Made by a program: the position numbers and the translations under genes | DNA from: Cycas panzhihuaensis | Lineage: Eukaryota; Plantae; Cycadophyta | Length of the DNA stretch: 64,000 nucleotides | Direction of reading: 5' to 3' | NCBI GenBank assembly: GCA_023213395.1 | Contig: CM041465.1 | Location: 96,417,741-96,481,740 of the forward strand | Notes under the pieces: model-generated | Told to the model about the DNA's origin: nothing | Databases searched by the model: none | Seen by the model: only the letters and a program-made list of their open reading frames with translations | Shown here: positions 38,686 to 50,503 of the stretch, in pieces | Layout: each line of letters opens with the position of its first letter | Position numbering within the stretch: position 1 is the stretch's first letter

Positions 38686-39868
38686 ATTTGACTTTTTACT
38701 CCTAAATTTACCAAATTGTTAGGCAAATTTATGAGAAATCTAATAACATTTCCACATGCTATACTATATTATGATGAGAAAAGGTTACTATAGAAATGAC
38801 AAATTGGCTAAAAATGAATTTAAAAGTAGCTTGCAATCATTAACTAATTTTATTAACTTGGGAAAAACCCAGTAACATCTCTTCCACCCAATAGGTAGTT
38901 TTAATTAGTGGAAAAGAAGAAGAATGCTCTAAAACTCATAACTCCTTCACAGCTTATAAGTGCAAATAGACCCTTGGATGTGTTTTTCTACCTACAATGT
39001 TATCTGCAAAGAAAAAAAATGAAGTGTATACACAATAAAAGGGATGAAACAAAGGGAAAAACTAGGTTAAGTTTTTATCCATGCTAGTTCTAATATGATG
39101 GAGGCCTTAAATATGGTAGATCACCATCATATATAGGCCAAAAGTGATCAGAAATAGACCTTCCAAAGCCTTGTTAAATATCTTTAGGGGCAAAAACAAA
39201 TAACATAAGGGTCAAACAAAGCAAAAATAAGATGAATAGAATACCAAACCATAAGAAGGTCATGTCAAATTTGCCAAAAGGTGGTCATGGGTGCATACCC
39301 TATATGAAATGACCATGGAAAGAACTTGGTCACTTATATTTTAACTTTGTGCTCTATGCCTTTAAACTCCTCCCACCACTTGAATAACAACCTTATTCCA
39401 AAAAGAGCACTCCTAATTGATAAAAGTTAAAGGGATTGACAAAGGAGAAATTCTAGTGACAAATTAGGAATACTTCATTGTATCAAATTTTCTCTCTATT
39501 CTAATGGAATGAGGGGTGATTTATAAATGAAGAAGAGAGGATATAAGGTCTATTCTTTTGAAAAATCTATGGGTCAAAACCTATGGAATTAGGTCAAGGT
39601 TTTAAAGAAAAAATAAATGCTTGTTTGCTAGGGGAATTCAATGAAATTCAAAGGGAATTGAGAGGTTTAAACTTTCACTTTAAACTATGGACCAAAAAGC
39701 ATGATTTTTGGCCCAATAGAGAGGGCAAGTGTAGTGGAGTATTAACTCTTTGTCCTTTCCCACATAACCCACCATAAATTTTGATGGAAAAAAATGTAAA
39801 ACATATAATAAATAAGAGATGATTAGTTGTCCATGATTCTACAACAAGATGTTACACCCAATTTTTAT

Positions 39869-40028
39869 TTTTAGAGTAGGATGTGACACTGTATTATAAG
39901 TTAGAACAATGCATCACACTTAATTATCATTTCACAATGGGATGTAATATCCAACTATGAAATAATTTACAATGGGGCTTGATGCATCATTATAATTTTA
40001 TAATAATACATCACATCTAGCTCTGAAA
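39869..40028. repeat. Imperfect foldback palindrome (~75-80-bp arms, 5-nt loop), MITE-like
   Basis: tttagagtaggatgtga..tattataa..atgcatca..atttca..ggat / atcc..tgaaat..tgatgcat..ttataata..tcacatctagctctgaaa. Confidence 0.7.
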
Positions 40029-41830
40029 GTCACAATGAAGTAAGATTCATAATGATGCCAAAGAAACGTTAATAAATTTTAAAAATAAAGCAAAATCCCA
40101 AAAGAAGATAGTGAGGAAATTTAATAACTAATAGGAGAAACGATCTTAGAAGTACTTTAAAGGTGTTGGAGGGTCACTTCTCGATAAATAAGATTTGGCA
40201 GGATAATTTTATTATCCCATTAATAGGTGTTTATCCTTATTGGTTGAGTTACTCACACACCCATCATCAAAACAAGAAGTAAACATTAGTAGCATGTGTA
40301 TAGAATTTTGAAATCAAATTGAAAATGAAGAAAAAGTGACAAATATGTACCTAGCTTAACTGTGCCATGATAGATGCTAAAATTTTATTTTTTCAGAAAA
40401 CACAACCCTTATTAAATTTGCATTAAGAAATCCAAGCTAATAATCCTAATTTTCATCAATTTAATTGTTGATTAAGAGGTACATCTAATTGCATAATTCT
40501 AAGTGACTAGATAATCCAAGCTAACATTCTATAAATATCATGGTGCAATGCTAGTAGAACTATATGCTTGTGTTTTTCAACCAACAAAAAAAATGACTTA
40601 GTTATTACAATGCTCATAATGTTGAGTTCAAGATTACCTAATTCATAGACCTAAACAAAACTATTGAGACTAATCAAGTTGTAATAATCATATTACATTT
40701 ACAACAATAAATGCAATTCTATTCATACAATTTTTATATTACCATATTAAGATTTAGCATAGAAAGCTTATTATCAATCACAAGAGAGTTTTATGATTAA
40801 CATCCTTAGTTGTAATAAATAACAACTAACAACTATAATATAAGAAAATAATGCATTGTTATAACAATTATAAAACACATATACACTTGGACCATTATTC
40901 CTTCATACTACTTTTCATTAAAGATAATAGAGCACATTGCCTTGAAATAATATATACATATTTAAAGAAAATATAATTAAATTTATATTAATAACAACAT
41001 CATTATTTATATCATAAAATATATGGCATAACATATGGTTGACTAGTATTGACCTAAAAAAACACCTAAAAATCAGAACCCATCATTTGTATGCCCTCCC
41101 ATAAACCCAAGACCAAAGCAAGTGCACATAGAGAAGATTTGAGACACATTTATCCTAAGTTATCCCTATTCTTCTATATTGTATTTTATTTTCAAACTTG
41201 TGCTTGTTTTAGGCCATATCCATCTTTCATAGTTTAGAAACCTATAAAAACCTTTAAACATTTTATTTCATCCTTCATGCACTAATTCAAAACATAAACA
41301 TTTAAATGCTTTCATTCAAATATTTATCAGATCAAGTATATTCTAATTAGGATTTATTGAAAAAACTATATTCTAAATAACTAAATCTGCCACGAGGATC
41401 CATTTTTTTTTTGTAACAAGAACAAGATTTGAAACTATAATCAAATATAAGTACACAAACCAGAGATCATTCAACACATACATTTAAAAAACATACACAT
41501 TACTAAGTACACTAGATTTAATATGGTAAAACCCTAGTTGAGTGCTAGGGAAACGTCCACACAGGAAAGGTATCAACCTTTATTAATTAAGAATAGAGAT
41601 TTGTTCATCAACCACCATAGAGTTCTTACAGTAATAACAATACCAAGCCGTTCACTTGCAAAAAATACCCAATTAGGGTTACATAAAGAAAGTCATAAGA
41701 AGGTACAAAATCTCAACCATAAGATCTAGGACCTTTTGATGAATGACCCTGATTCTCTTTATTGTTTGATAGGTTTTGAACCCTAAAATTTTGCTTTAGA
41801 GGATATCGTCCTCGAACGTCCATTTACGCC

Positions 41831-41877
41831 GGGGGGAGGGGGGGGGGGGTGGGGAGGTGGGGAGGGGGAGGGGGAGG
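41831..41877 (+). other. G-run tract with G-quadruplex potential
   Basis: Six runs of 4 or more G with short loops. Confidence 0.6.
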
Positions 41878-43319
41878 ATTCCGACACCCCCTGCATCCCT
41901 CGGCTAAAGGGGGCTATCGGTCCCCTTAGATCCCTCCAAGGAAAGTTAGTGGGAAAAATTACGTTGGAAATAAGTAAAAAATTTAGCCTTCTTATACATT
42001 ATTGTCATATACCCAATATGATTAAGATTTATAATTATAACTAATATATTACAAAATAACAAAATGAAATCTATATTCAATGACTGAGATCTCTATTTAT
42101 CAACACTACTATCTATACTAATTGACAAAAGAAAATCAATATTCAATATTATACTTACTTATATAACATTATCATATTATATTGTTACATATAATAAATA
42201 TATTATAATACACCACACAATATGCTCTGAAAGTTGCATTTACTTAAGGTTAAATACATTTTACTTGAGGAGTCATATTAATGTTGCACTTGCTTATATA
42301 ATATGTTGATCTAATAGGTTAGGCATTAGAGTGCACTGGTAAGTATTTACTGTATGTTGTTGAAAGTCCTAGATTTTTCCTCCATAAGAGGTTATATAGG
42401 AGAATTGGATGAAAGGGTAGAAAACCCCAACAAATAGGGGTTCGATTCCATCAACTCGGTACATACTATTAGAAAAAAGAATTGATCTAATTACACATTA
42501 ATGCATTTATTTCCAGTGTTCCTTATTGTGTTCCATTACTAGTAATGTATTGTAGTTGTTTATATCATTACTGGAAAACTTATTGTCAACTTTACACACT
42601 TAGAAATAATGGCAATAAACCTTTTCAAATATATTAAACATTCAATTTACATTATATTCAAAGGATTGACTTGCTACATAATATTTATCTCTTATTATCA
42701 AATTTGCAAGCATGTAAAAATTATGAACTTCTTCAAATATGATAAATGTTTGATCTATCATATAGACACATCAAATATAATATAACCCTTAGTGACTTCT
42801 TATATATATATATAATCTAAAAAATGATAATTAAAGAGCAACATCAAAGTTCACATTTTATTTTCCACATATTTCTTTACCTTTCTTTATTTTATTAACT
42901 ATCAAAACATATTGGATTATAAACCCCATGGGGTGAAAAGCACAATGCCATCACTAAACATGTTAAAAGCAACGAGGGACCCTACTACAACGTTAAAACA
43001 TAGAAGCACTCATTAGTTAAAAAAATGCACGTTAAAGCAAAATTATCTAGCCTAAAGCAACATGGTGTCGTCATGTCAAAACTGTCCAACCCCAAGTCGA
43101 AAAATACTATTAATGCCAAACATTAAGAATTAAAATTAACAAAATCCAGGTAAAATTAGCGAGTTTCATGATGCGATGAAAATCGAGCAAAGTTGTGAAG
43201 AAATTTCGGGAAGGAGATGATTGAACTCTTGAATTGCTTTGCCTTCTGCCTTTCCTAGTTTCAGGCCAGGAGTATCACAATTAACACCAACGGCTCTGGA
43301 AGATCACGCCTATGTTCAT

Positions 43320-45254
43320 ATGTTGAGGAATACGAAGGTGCACTGGATTATACCGCGTAAAAGTGGCGACACTTCAACCATCACCGCCATAGCTCGGAAG
43401 CAAAAATCAAGAAAAGCCCTGAAATGCGAACGCCATGGCAGCAATGACCATCGTAGCACCGGTCCGAGCTTAGGATCGTGGAATGGGATGATTACTCGAT
43501 ATGCTCAGAATGGAAGAATCGAATATGCGCGCCATGTGTTTGAGAAAATGCCCGAACGAACTGTGGTTTCCTGGAATGCGATGATAGCAGGATATGTCCA
43601 GAATGGGAGAATAGAGGATGCATGCCACATGTTTGGCAGAATGCCCGAACGGAATGTGTTCTCATGGACCATGATGATTGCAGGATATGCTCAGAACGGG
43701 AGAATAGACCAGGCACGACAGTTGTTCAACAAAATGCCTGATCGTGATGTTGTCTCGTGGAACGCCATGATTACGGGATATGTCCAGAATGGGAGAATTA
43801 AAGATGCACGCCAACTGTTTGACGAAATGCCCGAACGAAATGTCATATCATGGAATGCTATGATTACGGGATATGCTCAGAATGGAATGATAGAAGATGC
43901 GTATCAAATGTTTCATAAAATGCCAAAAAGAAATGTGGTCTCATGGACCACGATGATTACAGGATATGCCCATAGTTCGAGAATAGATGATGCACGACAA
44001 CTGTTTCAGGAAATGCCCAAACGAACCGTGGTCTCGTGGAATGCTATGATTTCAGGGTTGTCCCAGAACGGACACTTTGAGGAAGCCCTCAAATTGTTTT
44101 CCCGAATGCTGGATGTAGGCATGAAACCAATTCATTCCACCTTCGTAAGTGTTCTCAGTGCATGTGCTACCTTAGCATCTCTGCAACAGGGTCGGCGGGT
44201 CCATACTCACATTATAAAAAGGGAACTAGGGTCGAATGTTTTCATGGGAAATGCCCTGATTACCATGTCTTCCAAATGTGGGAGTATACATGATGCCCGC
44301 CGTGTGTTTGACAAAATGTCTGAGCGAGATGTGGTCTCTTGGAATGCCATAATTGCAGCATTGGCTCAGCATGGGCATGGCAAGGAAGCACTTCTTCTCT
44401 TTGAACAAATGCAAGGTCTAAGCATGAAACCAGATGACATCACTTTTATTGGCGTTCTATCTGCGTGTAGTCATGCAGGCCTTGTGGGGGAAGGGTGGCA
44501 CTATTTTGATACCATGAGTAGAGATCATTGCATCACGCCAAAATCAGAGCACTATGCTTGCATGGTTGACCTTCTTGGTCGCTCTGGGCTGCTGGATGAG
44601 GCAGAGAGGCTCATCAACAAAATGCCTTTTGAACCTGTTGCCGTTGTGTGGAAGGCGTTGCTTGGTGCTTCCAGAATACATGTAAATATGGAGGTAGGTA
44701 AACGTGCAGCACAACACCTCTTTGAGTTGGAGCCACAAAACTCTGCTGCATATGTGTTGCTGTCAAACATATATGCTGTGGCTGGCAGGTGGGATGACGT
44801 AGCCAAGGTGAGAATAATGATGAAAGAAAAGGGTGTGAAAAAGACGCCAGGATGCAGCTGGATTGAGTTGAAGAACAGGGTGCATGCATTTGTCGTAGGA
44901 GACAGATCACACCCACAAACAGAAAAGATTTATGCAATGCTAGAAAGATTGGGTGAGCAGATGGAGGCGGCAGGGTATGTGCCTGACATGAACTTTGCGC
45001 TACATGATGTCCAGGAAGAGCACAAGGAGTACATACTCTGTCATCACAGTGAGAAGCTTGCCATCGCTTTCGGTCTTATTAGCACAGCACATGGAACACC
45101 TATCAAGATCATTAAGAACTTGCGTATGTGTGGGGATTGCCACACTGTGACCAAGTTCATCTGCAAGATTGTTGAGCGAGAAATTGTTGTGAGGGATGCA
45201 AATCGCTTCCATAATTTCAAAGATGGCCTTTGCTCTTGTAGAGATTTTTGGTGA
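43320..45254 (+). CDS. PLS-class pentatricopeptide repeat protein with E1-E2-DYW deaminase domain (organellar C-to-U RNA editing factor), intronless, 644 aa from the first in-frame ATG
   Basis: Six 31-aa SS repeats, P1-L1-S1, P2-L2-S2, E1, E2, PG box (PGCSWIE), HSEKLA, CGDCH, C-terminal SCRDFW. The ORF track starts at a TTG (43239); the first in-frame ATG is 43320, followed by a basic transit-peptide-like N-terminus. Confidence 0.96.
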   Translation: MLRNTKVHWIIPRKSGDTSTITAIARKQKSRKALKCERHGSNDHRSTGPSLGSWNGMITRYAQNGRIEYARHVFEKMPERTVVSWNAMIAGYVQNGRIEDACHMFGRMPERNVFSWTMMIAGYAQNGRIDQARQLFNKMPDRDVVSWNAMITGYVQNGRIKDARQLFDEMPERNVISWNAMITGYAQNGMIEDAYQMFHKMPKRNVVSWTTMITGYAHSSRIDDARQLFQEMPKRTVVSWNAMISGLSQNGHFEEALKLFSRMLDVGMKPIHSTFVSVLSACATLASLQQGRRVHTHIIKRELGSNVFMGNALITMSSKCGSIHDARRVFDKMSERDVVSWNAIIAALAQHGHGKEALLLFEQMQGLSMKPDDITFIGVLSACSHAGLVGEGWHYFDTMSRDHCITPKSEHYACMVDLLGRSGLLDEAERLINKMPFEPVAVVWKALLGASRIHVNMEVGKRAAQHLFELEPQNSAAYVLLSNIYAVAGRWDDVAKVRIMMKEKGVKKTPGCSWIELKNRVHAFVVGDRSHPQTEKIYAMLERLGEQMEAAGYVPDMNFALHDVQEEHKEYILCHHSEKLAIAFGLISTAHGTPIKIIKNLRMCGDCHTVTKFICKIVEREIVVRDANRFHNFKDGLCSCRDFW

Positions 45255-46572
45255 TGCTAAGCAAGGCAAGAAACAAAGCTTTTTAGCTAGGGGCCAAGTA
45301 CTATTCTGTTTTGTGGCAGTGTAGTATTTGGCCTTGGTTTGGGGTATTGGAGATCATGATTTTTCTTGTTGCCAGCTGCAAATATTCTGTATCAGTAGTA
45401 ATTTGATGTAACATAAGTCATTTACTTTGTGTGCCTGCCTAGGGATTAGGCAGGGGTTGGATGAGGTTTCTGAACTCTTTAGGGATTATGGCCTGGTCAG
45501 GTTACATGGTGAGGGTTGTCAGCTGTAAGTCATCCAATGTTAGATTCTTATCTGTACATTGAATCAGCATTTTGAAGGTGGTCAAGCATGCGGGCTGCCC
45601 TTGAACATTGAGCATTGCATTTGCCTTGAGGAGGAAATGGGGTTTGTTGCACAAAAGACTCCTCAGCTTGATGGCATAGATTGGAAATCAGTCTTTTCCA
45701 AATTGGAAAAGCCCTTTAAGGATCTGTTTAATGGACACACATGATCGTCCAACAAATTTGAAGATTTTGTAATAGAATTTTGCAGACCTGATCCTTGATG
45801 TTCTGGAACAAGGGAATTGTATAAAGATCTTACTATTTGTTTTATTAATTGCAAGGACTAAAGTAAGTTCCAAAGAAATCCAAAGATATTTCAGCAGGTC
45901 TCTGAATACTTTCCAGCAAGTTTGACAATTCTGAAGCAAATCATATTTTCCAGCGGTTTGGGTGTCATGTAAGTTTCAAGTTTTCTCAAGCTTCATATAA
46001 CAAGCGGTTGATTTGTCTCTGAGAAGCTAGCATGGAGAAAAAGCAGTGGTGTTTTCTAAGCTCAGGATTCTAGGAAATTGTTTGTAGTATTTACAAATTG
46101 TTTGGCTGCGTCCATCTTTTAGCCTTCAATGCTAATTTGGGCATATATTTAAATTAATTTTGCAGCAGTATTAAAGCGGTCTCAACTCCCAACAGCTTGT
46201 GTACCTTCATTCTCAATGGTCATTTGGAAAACTGACACAACTCTGGGTGCAGCTTTAGGTCATCTTTGGAGTATGTGCAATATTTCTTCAGAATATTGCA
46301 ACAGCCAAACTGTGCAAGGAATATATCATGGATATTCCAGTTCTAATTGGTAAGTCTGTCTTAAACATTGAAGGATTCATTTTCTGCGTTAACACAACTT
46401 TTGGATGTAGTCAGACATTCTGTTTGATTAGAAGATATTTCCATTCCTTGCATTGCTTTAACATATTCATATTGCGCAGTTGCTCTCTATTCAATATTTT
46501 GGACTTGGCCGGTTGCCAGAATGGGTTGAACTTCATTGAGCAACTCGTGGAAAATTTCTATTATGGGGATTG

Positions 46573-46883
46573 TGAAACGAGCCCAACAGAGATGGCAGAC
46601 AGAATAAATCAATTCCAGACAGTGTTCAGCAAATCAGATGATCATAATAATCAGAGAATATAGATAAAATAACCAGAGATGAACATCTAAATTACAAATA
46701 GCAGATACAGGAGCAGATGTGGCATATTGCCAGGCATCGAAGTGCCAAAATATAGAGATTAATCCATAGTCAAAGAATAAAAGGTCACAAATTCCTCTTG
46801 AGGGCTCCCACACACATATATGCATTTATTTTGAAGCTGATTTCCACAATTACATAAGATTTACAGAAGTTTGGCTCGCTACA
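46573..46883 (-). repeat. 3' LTR of a truncated LTR element, with PPT at 46884-46897
   Basis: Terminal inverted repeats tgaaacgagcc/ggctcgctaca; adjacent purine-rich tract on minus. Confidence 0.6.
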
Positions 46884-47229
46884 ATTCCTCCCTCCCTAAG
46901 ATACTTTGCTTTTGAAGCGTCTCATTTTTGCCACCTTGGTCTTGATGGATGCATGACTTGAAATGCTTTGCCCCAGAAGCATGGTAGGAAGATTTTTGCC
47001 TTCAGTCCACCTCTTGTTATAGCCATGATATCATAGGCCACTGGTTCATCATTTTGTCTTCTTCTAGATGCAAGCCATGTGTGTACTCTTCCTATTTGTG
47101 ATAATGACCTGTCCTGGATAGCATTTGTGCATGATCTTGTGTGTGGAAGATCTTAGTTCCTGTGTATTAAGGATTTGATTTGTTGGAGGTCCTATGTTTT
47201 GTTTTCACATTGTGTCCATGGGAACTTAT

Positions 47230-48900
47230 TGTTAGAGGGGGAAAACAACTTGAGGATGAGGAGATGAGGTTGTAATGAATAAGGGGCATGAATTAGGAGG
47301 TATGGTTTGGAGTTTCCTAGTTGTGAGTGGATTAGATTGAGTTGGATGGGACAAAGGAGTGGGTGATGAGATTTTAATTGATGGTCTTAGTAGGAATCTC
47401 ATATAGAGAAAAGGTTTAGAGAACACAAGCAAAAGGTGTACCAAGAGTGTATATGGGGTGTCCTGGTTCATAGACAGATAAGGTAACGGGGAATAAGGAT
47501 GTGAGTTAGGGGAACAATTTTGGGGTAGATAGTAATGGAAATTTGAAGAGTACGATGCAAGAGGGTGAGGACGACAATGTAGTATATGTCTTTGGTTGAA
47601 TCGTAAGAAACATAGAATATTTGCAGAAGAAGGATGAGAGATAAGGTCTAGAGAATATGATAGGTATCCCCTATAGACATGGATCATGTAAAGAGAGATA
47701 TGCAGAGAAGGAAGAATAAGCCAAGGGTAGTAAGGGATAAAGATGATGAGTGGGAATAGGGATTTGATGTGGGAATGACAATGGGTTAAAACAACATGGA
47801 GAAGGGTGAGAGATAAGGTCTAGGGAATGCGACAAGTGTCCTCTACAGATATGGATCATGTAAGAGAGACATGCAAGGAACAAAGAACGAGGCAAGGGTA
47901 GTAAGGAATAAGGATGATGGATAGGATTAGGTATTTGACATAAGAATGACAATGAGTTAAACCAACATGGGTTAATGACAAGGTTAGGGGGTAAAACACA
48001 TAGAGGGTTTGTTGGGGAAAAGTAGGTAAAAGGTGGAAAGGATGCTAAGAAGTTTACATGGATAAACGAGGGATATGTTGGTGATATTGAAGTTGGGTGG
48101 GTGATAAGCATTTTGTGAACATGAGAAGGTGGGACATAACAGGCAGATGTTGAAGTGTAGGTGTGTTCAGGTAGGAGTGGTATGGTGTACAATTTGGGTT
48201 AGGGAATGACATTTGCATGGAGGAATTAGAGGTAAAATAGAGAATAAAAGCTAGAGGGAGTGATAGAAATTCTATATAGGCATATGTTAAGGTGAAAGAT
48301 GGGAGGCAAAATAAGAATGGAGGGTATTGATGAGCTGTGCTAGGAGTGAGACTAGGGAGTGACATACATGTAATTAATAGTAGGATGAGGGTTGTGAATG
48401 AGAGGTGTGGATGAACAACTCCCATAGATAAGTAACAAGGGCCAATGGAGGGGATGTATGAGGATTGCAAATGATGATGTAGGTGATGAAGGGTAACCAT
48501 GATGGGGTATGTAAACAAGTTTAGGAGCTAGCACACGTGAAGGGTTTCTAGGAGGTGAATAGGGGATAAGTGCTAAGTATTCCTTATGGGACAAGGTCTT
48601 TGACAAGGGCATATGGAGGCAATGTGTAAGGTAGCACAAAGGGATAAGTGAGGCATGATTGAGGTTAACAATGTTGTTTGTAAGGCAACTTTGTGGGTGG
48701 AGAGAGAAAATGGGACCTTGTAATAGGGATTTATGCTAATAGAATAAGAGATAGGTGCAGTGGGGGATTGGAAGGTGAAATGGGAACATTTAAACAACTA
48801 GGGGCCCATGCTATTTCATTTGATGGGGTTTTAGGGAATGAATCATGATGGGAGTGGGGTGATAAGTGGGTGACCTCAAGAGGGACCAAAATTTTGCCTA
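47230..48900. mobile_element. Purine-skewed, probably retroelement-derived segment with a ~172-bp tandem duplication (47629-47970)
   Basis: Starts tgttagaggggg; duplicated gaagg(a/g)tgagagataaggtctag... units; no recognisable domain or TSD. Confidence 0.4.
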
Positions 48901-50197
48901 CGAAAAGTTAGAATTGAGTGTCTTAAGATACAATTCAACTAGGGCTCTTGTTGAGTGGAGAGTGGGGGCTGTGCAATATGGAAATTTGCAAGGAATAATA
49001 AAACTCTAGACGAATGCAAAACATGACTTGGACTTATGGTAGTTACCTCATTGAGGTGGATGTCTTGCTATGATTTTTTTTTTGTTGATTCTTCTTCATT
49101 CCATCTCAACGTTGATTCCTCTTTGCTTGCTTCATGCACCTTAATCGATTCTTATTCAATTTGCTAATTGATAGGCTTTTTCTCATGCTATTGTGTATGT
49201 TGCACTTCTTGTTAAACGAGGGCTCTTCTTTTCCTTTGTATAGTAGCCATTGTAGATTAGTTACAATAAAAAATGATTTGTTTGTTTCTTTTAGTGACAA
49301 ATGATTAGCATTTCATGCAGTAATGGTGTAAGTAGGTCTAAATTGTGATATCTAATGTGAAGCTCTAGCACCAAAATACCAATAGTAAAGAGGGAGATGA
49401 TAATTTGAATAAAAGAAATGAACCACTCTAGAGAGCCAAAAATCAAAGAAGGAATATTTTGAAAATATTTCAACTTTAATATACAATAGCCTTACACAAT
49501 TTGAATATTCTCCATGTGCAGTTGTGTGTGGCCAACAAGAGGATCTGCTAATCTATGGGTGTTTAGGTCTAATTGAATCTGATGGCTCTATTGCATTTTG
49601 ATGTGCCAACACTAGGTTTCTTCTCTAGGTGCATAGTTCCAATCAATCTGCCACACTTTAATGGGTTTGCTGTGTAATCTTCTACAACAATTTGAATTCT
49701 TTGAGGTATGGATAATGATGAAAACAATGACCTTACTTGGAATGAATGAACACAATGGCCATCATTGATCGATGCATGCTTTGCAATCTACTCGAATGGA
49801 TTACCAATCATTTAATGTAGATATGTGAACACAGACAAGTGGAGATTGCATGTTAATTGGGAATGCAAACCAATATCTTTATTTCGAAGAGGGCACTGCA
49901 TTTGGTTCGCTTACAACCAAATGCAACCCCAAAATAGTACAATAGAGAGGGGTACTACAAGAAAGTTGGCAATGAGCCATTACAACAAGAAGAGAGAGAA
50001 ATCCTACAACTGGAATGTCTTTTCATCTTACAATGCATTACTTTATACAAAATGGATATATTATGTTATAATCGAATGTTAACTAACTATTTGTTGACAT
50101 GCTTAATTACATTTTTAGGTACAATCTGCTAATTAGTTGGATCTTGAATCGTACTTTGGACTACAATCTAGCCTCTAACCACACTTCTGGTCATGCT

Positions 50198-50503
50198 TGC
50201 CAAATTGATTAATAGGATCACTATTACAAATGTGCATGCAAATATATCAAATAGAAAGCAAGAAATATGAGAACCACAACAAACATATGCAAATTTCTTG
50301 CAGAGAAGTGCAATGGGTAAATTGATTACAACGTCCAAATAGATTTTGGTAGAGCTTCCACATACATAAAAAGTCAATTTACAAATTGGGGGGATTGTGC
50401 TTAATTATAAGCATACGAAACCTGAATACAATGATTTGATTGGTTGACATAACAGGCCAATATTATTGGCCCATTATTCGGCAATTGGGTGGACCTGACA
50501 ACA
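50198..50503 (-). repeat. LTR (family A), minus copy
   Basis: Reverse complement aligns end to end with 52429-52735; TG...CA. Confidence 0.85.

Noticed and set aside
42400-42460. B-box-like gttcgattcc suggesting a tRNA or SINE
   Set aside because: No cloverleaf, convincing A box, tail or TSD.
44840-45254. U-to-C (KP-type) editing domain
   Set aside because: Canonical PG box and HSE motif indicate an ordinary C-to-U DYW domain.
43492-45269. Minus-strand ORFs overlapping the PPR gene
   Set aside because: Antisense shadows of a repetitive coding sequence, with no recognisable motifs.
47232-48797. Long Pro/His/Ser-rich minus-strand ORFs as an extensin-like gene
   Set aside because: Open in several frames owing to compositional skew; no signal peptide or regular SP4 repeats.
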